From: Octopus bimaculoides
Taxonomy: Eukaryota
Length of the DNA stretch: 64,000 nucleotides
Direction of reading: 5' to 3'
NCBI RefSeq assembly: GCF_001194135.2
Contig: NC_068985.1
Location: forward strand, 108,199,979-108,263,978
The notes beneath the pieces were generated by a model. The model was not told the origin of the DNA. It saw only the letters and a program-made list of their open reading frames with translations, and made no database searches. Of the stretch, positions 12,914 to 26,377 are shown one piece after another (the first letter of the stretch is position 1; every line of letters begins with the position of its first letter). The position numbers and the translations under genes are program-made.

Positions 12914-14992
12914 CTGAATTATATATATATATATAAAAAAACGTGTCAACAAAATATTAATATATTTTTACAAGGCAATAGTTCTTGGAATTAATTAGTC
13001 TTAAATATATATTTTTAATAAGGTTTTGAAGATTATTTCAAGATTAAAAACAGAATGTCTGTCTATGTATGTATGTATGTATGTATGTATGTATGTCTAC
13101 ATCTAAATGTAGATGCAACCAGAGAGGAAACATAAATGAAAATATAAGTTGAGTACTTTGTATGTTACTTCATAACTTTATCTTCTGTATTTTTCATAAC
13201 CTCGGAACAAAGTAATTAAAAAGTAATCTTCTTATCAGACAACCAGCCCTTAATTTTAATGTAGCAAAATTATTAATATTTCGTTTTAGAAAATATATAT
13301 TACTTACTCAAAATTCCTCCTGCTGGAACAAACTTGCGAAGTATATTGAAATGCAGGGATAAAAATGTTTCCGCGTTCGAACTTCTGTATTGGCTTACTG
13401 TTATTGAAAATGAAGGTGTCATTTGCAATACTTTTGGTTTGATGATATCAGTCGGGTCTTGTGGCTCAGGAGCATAGCCAGTAATACCGGAATGCATCCT
13501 AAAAATTATTCCGTTGAGACTTCCCAAGCAATTAGTGTTTGGTGCATTTTTCACTTGACCATAAACAAATACACCTGTAGAATAAAGACAATTTATTTAA
13601 AACATTACATAAGAATAAAGTATAAATTTATTTTACATTGAATTTTCAGAATGATAAAAATATTGCTTTTTTTGAATTTGAACACTTGCATTGTATTAAC
13701 AACCAGAAGTAACATTTTAAATCTTGGAGATGAAAATATTGTTTATGCGCCTTTAATAATTGTTATGAGACAGTGGGACAAGCATATCTCCATGGCGAAC
13801 TCCAGCTGGCAAAAATATTGAATCTCGTACCTGCTTGCTCATCAGCCAAAAGAAAGATTTCAGTTTGGTTTCTGCATTGAATACTATCAGTAAAACACAA
13901 GTCTGTCGAACAGTTTAATGGTTTTAATAGAACACCTAGAAAGGGAAAATAAAACACAGAAAAAGAATTTTGAAATATTACCTTCTTGTGTTTGTTGTAT
14001 CTTGAGAGAGTTATTATAGGAATAATGAGCAGACGTGAGTGAATATATGTTTACTGAGTAAAGTGCCCATACAAACATACACACTCAGAGGTATATAGGT
14101 TTCTTAATTGAATACTAAATAAGTCTAGCTACACAGCTAAATAAGACCCAAAAAACAAAAATAAAATCGTAATTTTCTGTAAAATAGTATTAGAACGATT
14201 ACATTAATTGCTGATTGTTGGTAAAGTAATTGACAAAAAAAAAAAAAAAAAAAAAAGATAATTCGATTATGTGAAAATCATTAATTGTTATAAATTAAAT
14301 TCTTTAGCTTTCAAAGTACATTTAAAACTATAAATAATAACATGTAATTATTGTGTTGAAAAACCCTTCCCCGTGTAGCCTCCGACTTTCTTTTATCCAA
14401 AAAGGGTTTTTAAACCCAGTGCATACAACGTATTATTTATACCTCTAATTGTAGTTCGAGATCCAGTTCTAAAAAAAAAAACATTATTTCACGTTCTCTC
14501 GAAAACTTATAAATATTTATGCAATCAATTTTTTCTAGAATTAAACGGTAATTTATTACAAACTAATATTGTGGTATCATGATTATTAACGTATGCTGAG
14601 CATGTTATGGAGCTTTAGAATAAAGAGGTTAAGTAAAATTACATAAAGATTATTCTTAAGAAAGCCGTAAAATTTGTGAATCTCTTCTTTAGTATTTACT
14701 TAAAATCTCACAAATGAACCAAGTAATTAATAAACCCAACCTTGACATGATTGTTCTGTCAAAAGAGAGAAAAAATGCCAGTGTCAATTTGCTCTATTAA
14801 GAAATAACCCTGCAAGCCATCCTTAGTATTCATCAATGGCAGAACATAGTTACAATGGATAAAGCTTCTCTTGTGTTATTTAGAAATGTCTCTGGTAAAA
14901 AGTCTTTACTGTGAAGAAAATAGTTCAAATCAAATACAATATTTTTCTCACCATTAGAAGGTTATTTCTTAATCGAACAAAATGACACTGGG

Positions 14993-15035
<43 letters not shown>

Positions 15036-15123
15036 TTTTTTAAGAGTGGTAATTATTTTATCGGTCACTTTTGCCGAACCGCTATGTTACAGGGGCGTAA
15101 ACAGCCAAACACAGGTTGTCAAG

Positions 15124-15167
<44 letters not shown>

Positions 15168-15232
15168 GTGTGTGTGTGTGTGTATGTGTGTAGGAGTGTT
15201 GTTACAGACACACGCATACATTTAGGCGCACA

Positions 15233-15270
<38 letters not shown>

Positions 15271-15329
15271 GACATACATACACACAGACANNNNNNNNNN
15301 NNNNNNNNNNNNNNNNNNNNNNNNNNNNN

Positions 15330-15373
<44 letters not shown>

Positions 15374-15438
15374 GTGTGTGTGTGTGTGTATGTGTGTAGG
15401 AGTGTTGTTACAGACACACGCATACATTTAGGCGCACA

Positions 15439-15476
<38 letters not shown>

Positions 15477-15558
15477 CATACATACACACAGACATACATG
15501 CACACATATATACAAACATACATACATACACACACAAATACAGATATATATATATATT

Positions 15559-15592
<34 letters not shown>

Positions 15593-18500
15593 ATTTGTTG
15601 ACGCACAAACGGGAGATTAATATCTTTAAAAGCGAAGAAATACAGAAATATTTCATAAGTTCATGTTTTCTTACCAGGGCTGTGAGGAAAAAGTGGTAAT
15701 TCTCTTGTTGTTGTTAAAACTTTCTGATGAGCTGTGTGTGCGGGTACTAAAAAAAAAAATATATATATAAAACAATTTAAAGCTTACTCAATATGAAAAA
15801 TGAACAGAAAACTTTACTTTCGGATTAAACCATTTTTTGAACAGAGAAATTATGGTAGATTTAACACAAATATAGCTTTTTTTACTCACTATAATTCGGG
15901 ACTAAACTTTCGCCAGAAAAAAAAACAAACAAACAATAAAACCAATATCAAACACTGAGGTAAAACTTCATTTGGAAGAGTTATGCTTCTCATACGAGCG
16001 ATTAACTATTGGCTGTTCTAGAGTGGGAAGCAAAAAAAAAATCTATTTGCAAAAGAAACCAAAGCATATTGTTTACCAAGAGATTTTGCAGGAAATACTA
16101 CATCCTACGATGCTCTCCAGTATCCACTGCTCTTTCTGAATGGTGAAGATGGATACTATTTCGGCATAATACCAACAAACCCGAAGACTGCACCAAAAAA
16201 GCAGTTTCCTGCATGGACTTCAATATCAAAGCATATTCTCCAATTACTCCCACCAAGTCCGCAGTAAACCATTACGCCTTATTTTTTTCAAATAATTCAT
16301 TACTACATATTCTCACGTGACTCCATAAGCTCAGTTTAAGTTTCTTATTCTACAGACACACCAGTAATCCAATGTCAATCCTTCGGCTTCTGCAACTGTT
16401 CAACAGTTCACTTCCCCGTTGCCGTCTCCTATTGCAGCGCCTTTCCGGAGTGTACCCATTTACATACACTATCTCCATTATACCTACGTTCGACTGGAGG
16501 ACTTCGAGAAACGGATTCAGGAGGTTCTCAATGATATCTCATACGACGCCCTTCAGAAGGTTGTTCATTCAATCCTTGGCAGTTTAAGGAAACTGGCTGA
16601 CACCACCGGTGGTTACATTGAAATATTAAGATTAACTTTCGTTCTCTCATGTAATAAAGAACATGTATCATTTGATTCAATGAATTTGTAAAAAGGAATA
16701 TGGATTTTAATGCTTACTTACTTTTCACCAACCCTGTATNNNNNNNNNNNNNNNNNNNNNNNNNNNNNNNNNNNNNNNNNNNNNNNNNNNNNNNNNNNNN
16801 NNNNNNNNNNNNNNNNNNNNNNNNNNNNNNNNNNNNNNNNNNNNNNNNNNNNNNNNNNNNNNNNNNNNNNNNNNNNNNNNNNNNNNNNNNNNNNNNNNNN
16901 NNNNNNNNNNNNNNNNNNNNNNNNNNNNNNNNNNNNNNNNNNNNNNNNNNNNNNNNNNNNNNNNNNNNNNNNNNNNNNNNNNNNNNNNNNNNNNNNNNNN
17001 NNNNNNNNNNNNNNNNNNNNNNNNNNNNNNNNNNNNNNNNNNNNNNNNNNNNNNNNNNNNNNNNNNNNNNNNNNNNNNNNNNNNNNNNNNNNNNNNNNNN
17101 NNNNNNNNNNNNNNNNNNNNNNNNNNNNNNNNNNNNNNNNNNNNNNNNNNNNNNNNNNNNNNNNNNNNNNNNNNNNNNNNNNNNNNNNNNNNNNNNNNNN
17201 NNNNNNNNNNNNNNNNNNNNNNNNNNNNNNNNNNNNNNNNNNNNNNNNNNNNNNNNNNNNNNNNNNNNNNNNNNNNNNNNNNNNNNNNNNNNNNNNNNNN
17301 NNNNNNNNNNNNNNNNNNNNNNNNNNNNNNNNNNNNNNNNNNNNNNNNNNNNNNNNNNNNNNNNNNNNNNNNNNNNNNNNNNNNNNNNNNNNNNNNNNNN
17401 NNNNNNNNNNNNNNNNNNNNNNNNNNNNNNNNNNNNNNNNNNNNNNNNNNNNNNNNNNNNNNNNNNNNNNNNNNNNNNNNNNNNNNNNNNNNNNNNNNNN
17501 NNNNNNNNNNNNNNNNNNNNNNNNNNNNNNNNNNNNNNNNNNNNNNNNNNNNNNNNNNNNNNNNNNNNNNNNNNNNNNNNNNNNNNNNNNNNNNNNNNNN
17601 NNNNNNNNNNNNNNNNNNNNNNNNNNNNNNNTATATATATATATATGTGTGTGAGGGTGCAATGGGCCAGTGGTTAGGATAGCGGACTCGCGGTCGTAGG
17701 ATCGCAGTTTCGATTCCCAGTGTTTATTGAACGAAAACACCTAAAGCTCCACGAGGCTCCGACAGGGGTGGTGGTGAACCCTGCTGTACTCTTTCATTAC
17801 AACTTTCTTTCACTATTTCTTCCTGTTTCTGTTGTACTTGTATTTCAAAGGGTAAGCCTTGTCATGCTCTGTGTCACGTTGAATCTCCACGAGAACTACG
17901 TTAAGGGTACACGTATCTATGGAGTGCTCATCCACTTGCACGTTAATAAATGAGCTTCGACGTCATTGGTGCCAAGCTGTATCGGCCTTTGCCTTTCCCT
18001 TGGATAACATCGTTGGCGTGGAGATGGGAGGCTGACATGCATGGGCGACTGCTGGTCTTCAATAAACAACCTTGTCCGGACTTGTGCCTCGGAAGGTAAC
18101 TTTCTAGGTGCAATCACATGGTCATTCATGAACCGAAAGGGGCCACAACGCGATAATAACGCCGGTGTTTTAATGGTGGCAGCTGATGAAGGAGATGTTT
18201 CTANNNNNNNNNNNNNNNNNNNNNNNNNNNNNNNNNNNNNNNNNNNNNNNNNNNNNNNNNNNNNNNNNNNNNNNNNNNNNNNNNNNNNNNNNNNNNNNNN
18301 NNNAAAAAAAAAAAAAAAAAAAATACGATATAGAATAAAAAAGAACAAAAATATGTAAATTAATTTTGATAAAATCCTGTCCTTATTAACTAGTTTGAAA
18401 GTATACTTTAAAGTAAACAACCACTGACTAGTTCATAGGTAAATACATTTTTTGTGTGTGAACATGAAACAGAAGTAGATATATTTACGTTGTGCATTTA

Positions 18501-20051
18501 CATAAATGCATGTATACGTACACTTGGAAACAAATGTATGTCTAATTGAAAGCGTTACAAAGTAATCCAGAATGTAGCTCAATGTTCGAAATAAGGAGTA
18601 GATAGGTTGCGTACATATGTTATTTATATTATTATCATTTATATACATAATAGACCAAATGTTATCAATACACCGAGAACTACGTAATTCGTATGTTTCA
18701 GGGATTCAAAAGTCAACATTGTGTAATTTAGAAATTGACATTATTGGGAAAATGTGTTCAGATATTAGTTATGCTATATAGAAAGAAGTAAAGCAACGAA
18801 GCTTTTGTACTCACCTATTACCGGTTCAGGATCTTCAACAGAAATGAAAAAAAAGAAAACGAAACAAAATGAAAAAAAAGAAAATATATAAATTAATTTT
18901 GATAAAACAGCCTTTCTTTACTAACTAGTTTGAACGTATACTTTAATATAAACAACCACTGACTAGTTCATAGGCAAATACATTTATTTGTGTATGAACA
19001 CGAAACTGAAGTATATATATATTTACGTTGTGCATATACATAAATGCATACATCTGTACACTCGCATAAAAATGTATGTCTACATTTAAGCATTATAAAC
19101 AAATGAATGCAAATCTTTGCTCAATGCTATCTAGGTGTATGTTTTATAGCTAAAAAAACTCTGCACAATCATTGAGGTAAAATTTGTAAAAGTTATGTAA
19201 ATTTTATATTGTTATGACAATATGAATTTCGAAAATATTAATGTTAACGTAAATGCCTAAAATAATTAAGAGATTTATTACATAGTTTTGAAAATATACA
19301 GCATTCAATATGTATGATAATCTAGAAAACAATAATTACAATATCGTTCCAAATATCTATTGACAATATACGTTACTAATATGGCCATCTGTTATGTTAT
19401 ATTGAAGAAAATTAATTTATATTATGGTTCCGAATGTACTATATAATATGTTCTAGTGGAATTGTTATTATTTCATGAATAAGTTCGTAACAAATGCTTG
19501 GAATATAAGCATGTCCTTAATGAAAATATTACATTTGAGAAGTTATCTATAATATGGCTATCGGAATCGAATAAAAATTGATTTACTTCCCCCCCCCCCC
19601 AAAAAAAAAACAACAACCACGTAGTCAATATTATACCAACACGAATAAAATACCGTTAAATCTGTGTCGCAAACTGAAATTGACTATGTTTGCAAAACAT
19701 TGATTGTGACATGTTTTTTATCTTTGAATGATTCAAAAATCTTTTCAAATGTTTTGCATTGTTTAATGTACAAATCAACATTATTTGAAATATGTGTTCA
19801 GATATTAGTTATTCTGTATATAGAGAAGTAAATTAACGAAGTTGTTCTACTCTCTAATCCCCGGTTCATGATCTTCCCTAGAAAAATCAAAGTGAATTAA
19901 TTTTGATAAAACAACCTTTCTGTATTAACTTGCCTGTTTATTTTAAAACAAAGAACCACTGAATACTTCATATACTATCTGTCCATGTATGTATGTATGT
20001 ATGTATGTATGTATGTATGTATGTATGTATGTATGTAGGCAGGTATGTATG

Positions 20052-20098
<47 letters not shown>

Positions 20099-20129
20099 AT
20101 ACACACACATACATACATACATACATGCA

Positions 20130-20161
<32 letters not shown>

Positions 20162-23100
20162 CACTCTAATGAATGAAATTGTTACTGAGAATTTAGAAGT
20201 GATTTTGAAATTTATATATAGATTTACAGATGTTATAATTCATATGATGTCATTAAAATGAACGTCTCTTGTCATATTAACTTACAGAAAATTATTTAAT
20301 ACGTGAAAAAAGCTTTAGACTCTCGCGTGTTTCTGGTCGGAAGTTACGTCTGTGTATGCATTGTTTTTACCCCAGCTTCGTTAAAATCATGTCAGCAATC
20401 AAGGATACAAAAGTGGCGTTGAGTTATTCGGAGCTTGCATCGGTCGGTTGAATGTGTGGTACGAAACCAAACAAAGAATCGTCAACGTGTAGGATTTGAT
20501 AGCCCGCGCGGAGCAGTTGCAACTGCAACAGAGTATCATCAGCAGCAGCAGCTGCATCAGCAACAGGACAACAACAACAGTTGCTGGAATTTATGTTGAA
20601 GAAGTGTGAAAATACTTTAGGTTTAGAAGTAATACATTTCTAAATTTCGCAGAGAGATTTATGCAGTAGTGATACGTTGAAGTAGTTGTATGCTGTCAAC
20701 CTAATGTGACAGTCCCATGAAGGGAATAATACTACTGTTGTTTAGACCTAGGAAGTTGCACCGCTTCTTGCCGGCCTTGACGCATTTCCTGTATCCTTAT
20801 GTTTACAAGGAGGAGAGAAGCACATCCACTCAGCTAAGCCTGCATCCAAAGACATGTTTCTGAGTCTCTGCTCGTCATCAGTCTGGAGATGTACAGCAGT
20901 GTCAGCTGTTCACTATCAGTGAACTAAGGTAACACCTCTTATTTTTCGAGCACCATCCGGAGTATTCGAGCGGTTCCAAGCAGTGCTATTTTCTGCAAGT
21001 GCTCCACCCTTATTGCAGCCTTTATTTGTTCCACATACTTCTCGAGATTTTTGCTCACTGTTCCCAGGGCTCCGACAATTATTGGTACTACTACTACCGT
21101 TTTCATCGACCCCAACTGCTTAACTTCCCCAGCTAACCTGTCATATCTCTCAACTTTTCTTTCTTCCTTATCGCATACCTTGTTGTCAGCTGGGCATGCT
21201 TTATCTATGATCCAGCATAATTTGTTTTCGTTCTCAATTAAGACTGGCTTCCTATTCTCTATTTCATGGTCGCACTGAATCATAAAATCCCATAGGGTCT
21301 TTACATTTCTATTTTCGACGATGCCGTCAGGTTTGTGGTCGTACCAATATTTTGCTTTGTCAGATCTATACTTGTTGCAAAGTGTCCAATGCACAAGCCT
21401 GGCTATATTGTCGTGGTGCCTCTGATATTCCTTCTGGGCTAGTGGCGTACATTGGCTGGTAATATTCCATACGGTTTCACCATTTTGTCCACAGATTCCG
21501 CCCTTATCACTTTCTGCTGTGTTGTCTATTCTGTATTTTATGTAGTTTGTTCTTAGTGCTTGCTCTTAGGCAGCACAGATTAAAGCCTCCGTTTCCGATT
21601 TTAAATCACTTTACTCATCCACAGCCATCTTTTTTCTCTATCTGTCTTATCTTCAACATCTCTATGAAATTGACCATGCATTCTTTTCTTTACCCACCTA
21701 TTTTCAGTTTCATTCGTTTTCAATTTCTTGTATAGTGCTTTATCTTTGCAATCTTCCATCCTACACAAGCCTGACCTTCTTACTTCTAGTAATAGCGGTT
21801 CCGTGGCATTTTTTACATACTATGCTATGTTTTCTTCTGCTCTAACGCTATGTTCGCATCCAATAAGTCCTCTTCCCCCTCTTTTTCTTGGTACATACAG
21901 TCTGTCTGTGTTACTTTTTGGGTGGAGTGACCCATATCTAGTTAGCAAGTTCCTTGTCTTTCTGACTAAGCTGTTTAGTTCGTCTACTGTCCTTGCGATT
22001 ACCCCTGCTCCATATCTAAAGAGTGAAACCTCCTAGGTGTTGATAGCTTCGATCTTATTCCGTCCCTTTAATTTCGACTTAAGGATCAGTCTCAGTCTGC
22101 GCAAGTACTCCACCTTAAATTTTTCTGTCATTTCTTTCTCCATCAATTTATCCATTTCCAAAATCCTCAAGTACTTATAGCCCGTCTCTTCTATCTGTTT
22201 CATAACCTCCCATGACGGTATTGTTAGCCCGTTCATACATTTGGTTTTTGCCTCTCTATCTCTTTTGCCTCTCTTTCTCAGTCCGAACTCCATTCTGATA
22301 TCAGCACTGAAGGTATACACCGTATCAACGAGGGAACTGATTTGGGCTTCATCTTTACCATAAAATTTGAGGTCATCCATGNNNNNNNNNNGGGAACTGA
22401 TTTGGGCTTCATCTTTACCATAAAATTTGAGGTCATCCATGAATAGCAAATGGTTGACTTTTTGTTGGCGGCTTTTGAATACATACCCAGCTTTTGATTT
22501 CCTCAGAATCAGTGTCAGTAGTATGAAGTATAGTACAAAGATCAGTGGGGACAGGCAGTCCCCTTGGAAGATGCCCCTCCTAATTTCTACTGTCCTTAAA
22601 CTTCTTCCGTATGCTGTCAGGTTCGTCCTCCAATTTGCCATACATTTTCCAAGCAATCGCTCAACATTCTATGCAATCTCGAATTAGTTCAAACACTCCA
22701 TAATTCAAGAATGTGGGGCCATATCGTACGCCTTACAATAGTCGATCCATGACATGGCTAAGTTATTTTTCATCCTCTTGCAGTCTCTGAGTACAGTTTT
22801 GTCTATCACGATTTGATCCTTGGTACCTCTGCATTTACGCTTGCAACCCTTCTGCTCATGTGGCAGGACTCCATTTTTTTCCAGATGTTCGTACATTGCC
22901 TCTATGAGTATTCCTGTCGATATCTTCCGCGTAAGTGGCAAACAGGATATCGGCCTGTAATTGTCTACCGTATTGCCTTTTTCGATGTTTTTCAGGCACA
23001 GCACTGTCCTACCCAATGTCAACCACTCTGGTGTTACTTGGTCGGCATTTAACAAGGTGTTGCGTTGCGCAGCTATTCGTGCATGACATTCACCAATTCT

Positions 23101-24199
23101 TTTGATCCAGTAGCCTCGAACTCCATCTGGTCCCAGAGACTTCCAGTTGCTCATTTTTCTGCTGATTTCCTTTACTTCCCTAACTGAAATGACTAGTTTT
23201 GCCTGTTTCGGACAGACTGCTATTTGTTTCAGTTCTTGCAACCATTCAGCATCCTTCTTGTGCTCCGTGTCTTTGCTCCAGATGTCACTCCGAACCCTTT
23301 GACTTTCAATGTTATCTAGTATCAACTTTTCATCTCTACACTCTCCATTTATTTCTTTATAGAATCTCTTCTAATCTTCTCTGAATAACCTATTCTGGTG
23401 GTATCCCTTCATTCTTTGGCCGTATCTCACCATATTTGCTTTCTTTGCAACGAGGCACTGTTTCAGTTCCTCCATTACTACTTTCAGGCCCTTTCTTTCA
23501 ATAGTATACTTCGTTTTCAGTGCCCTGTATTTTTGCTCGCTTTTAAGCTCCCCTTTCTCTTTTCGGTCTAACACAGAGATTTTTTTCGAAAGCATATCTA
23601 ACCCTGCCCGGATTCTTCTGTTCCACCATGGATCTTTTCTTCTGTCACTCCTATTATGTTTCTTTTTCTTGACAACGCCACCCACATTTTCTGCTACAAC
23701 AATACTTGCTGCCTTGATCAAATTATTTGGTTCTGTGATGTTGTTTGTTCTAATATATTTCAGAATTTCATTGACATTTTTTGTTTCTTGGTTCAATTTC
23801 CATCGATCAACCTTTTTAAGGTTGCAAATAATGTCCATATCGTTCTCCAGTAGTCTTACCTTTATTCTATCGTAGATTGCCTTTTGTTCATCTGTCATAT
23901 CGCTATTACTTTTATTGTCTTCTTTTAGATCATCTATATGTCTTTCATCAAGTAAGCTAACACTGCTCCTTCCTGTGCTATGAGATTACTCTTATTAATA
24001 AGAACTGTATTTTCATTGTTATCTCTGCTGCTATTTTCCATGACCCATCTTTTGATAGCTTCGAGCTCTACTTCTGTGAACCAGCAATTTTTTCTTATTG
24101 CTCTAATTTGATCACATAGTGAGTTGAAACAATCCCCTTTTTCTCCAATGATCATACATACGTTGTCAGTAACCCCTAATTTGAGCACCATTTTCTTTA

Positions 24200-24269
<70 letters not shown>

Positions 24270-24613
24270 NNNNNNNNNNNNNNNNNNNNNNNNNNNNNNN
24301 NNNNNNNNNNNNNNNNNNNNNNNNNNNNNNNNNNNNNNNNNNNNNNNNNNNNNNNNNNNNGAGACCTCAAGAGACAAGTTAGAAGTTCATGTAGGTGTTA
24401 TGCCTAGGGTACCATATATTTGGATTTGTACAGTTTTGTTCCAGTGAATGTTTAAGAAGCCATAAGAAAATTATGTGTTTGTTTTAAAATTTGAGATCAC
24501 ATAGACAGTATTTTACGTAGGATATGGGCAGTTCCCATGAGCACTATCTTTTGAACTTCAGCCATTTTGGGGTTTCCTGGTATCTGAGCTAGGTAGTAAT
24601 CAGCCCGTTTCGC

Positions 24614-24665
<52 letters not shown>

Positions 24666-26307
24666 GAGTGAGAGAGCATTGCATACCATCAAAGTGACAC
24701 TGAGGTACAAATATATGGAGCCCGACATACTCATCATGATTACCCGTCTGATAAGAGTACATCAAGCACATGCATCACAACTATATGTGCGCGACATGGT
24801 GATCTCATATCGAGATAGACAGTGTATGACATAGGTGGGGGCCTAGTTAGAAATTTTTTTTAGGTCGAGTAGTCCACCCCGCTCAAAAGGTCTCTGAATA
24901 AGCAAATAAATAAAAACAAGATTCCATCATTTTTAAACGCTATCTGGACAAATAACTTCAAAGGATGCGAGACAAGCCACCCATACATGGATACATCTCA
25001 GTTAACAATAACTCCGTATTTAAAAGTGGCTTCAAAATTATCTGTCAGATTGCCTGGGGTTATTTTGACCGAATTTATCATAATTTATACCATAATTTAT
25101 CAAAGTAAGTTTATATCAAATGTAAATATAATTATGTTAACGTATGTCTAAAAGACAATTAATAAAGTTAAAACATTTTTTTGTTTTCAGAATTACCAAC
25201 ATTATGATGTAGTTCTCTTTTGCTTTATTAACTCATTTCTATTTGAAATTTCTCTAAAATTTATTCCTGTCAAATTTTTACAGTATAGTCGTTAAAAACT
25301 CATAGGACTGTTTTATCTGTATCATGAAATTGTCAAGCTATTAAAACTTCGATTTTTGTACAACTTGTTCCAACTAGCAGCAGATCACGTTAGCAGTTCC
25401 AGATTAAATAGTTCAGGAAGTTGGATGTTGTACACAATCTTAAAAGGCTTCTTATCATGCGACTTAATTGTACTTTGTTGATGACCAGAATAATCATTTT
25501 GCCATCTTTTCACATATTCTCCGCGGAACCTCGATATTAGGTTTCCCCACTGAGTAGGTGGTAGAATGCTGAGGGTACTTTGCATCATTTCAGATGCCAA
25601 GCACCCATTTGCGGTCTATGTGCTATTAATAAGTTTAAGTATTTAGTTAAAAAAATGAGGAAAAGTTTTAAAGAAAATATCTACATACCTTGTTTACGCG
25701 TATCTAAAAAAGTAATAAAAATTATACATAGTTATGTAAGTATCAAAATATATAAATATTTATGATAGCGTATAATAATTAAAATGTAGAGGATGTACCA
25801 CAAACATTGCCCAGACAACCTTAACATCAAATTTATTCTAAGTTGGGACCTCGTGCCATACGCCCTTTACACATTTCAAGCTTATAACACATAAATACAT
25901 AAATAATTTTCCTTAACAGACACTTCTCTAATTAACATTATTCTAAGACAAATCAAAGAAACAAAATAGAGTCTATCACCTTTAAACGCTATCTGTACAA
26001 ATATCTTCAAAGAATGCGAGACAAGCCACACATACATGGATACATCTCAGTTAACAATAACTCCGTATTTGAATGGGTCATGATTCCACTAAAAGTGACT
26101 TCAAACTTATATGATTGCTTGGGGGCAATTTTGACCGAAACATACTATAATTTATCAAAGTTTATACCAAATGTAAATATATTTATGTTAACGTATGTGT
26201 TTAGACATACGTTACCACAGTTTGCGGTCTATGTGTTACTAATGAGTTTAAGTATTTAGGACACAAAATGAGGAAATGATTTAATATATTTTGAGAGATA
26301 TTTGCAG

Positions 26308-26377
<70 letters not shown>

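Noticed and set aside
13982-14468. Extra candidate exons 14443-14468 (26 nt) and 13982-14000 (19 nt), which together keep the frame (ELDLELQLE-IQQTQE)
   Set aside because: Needs a 46-nt intron, an AAG acceptor and a weak GTATAA donor; neither exon is frame-symmetric alone; not supported without cDNA
15120-15480. Identical direct repeats flanking short gaps (also 22330-22440 and 44930-45398)
   Set aside because: Exact duplicates on either side of N runs are typical of scaffolding overlap artifacts
17653-17720. tRNA genes at SINE heads (also near 60200-60270 and 63750-63812)
   Set aside because: They are tRNA-derived 5' heads of SINEs continuing into SINE bodies, without a full cloverleaf
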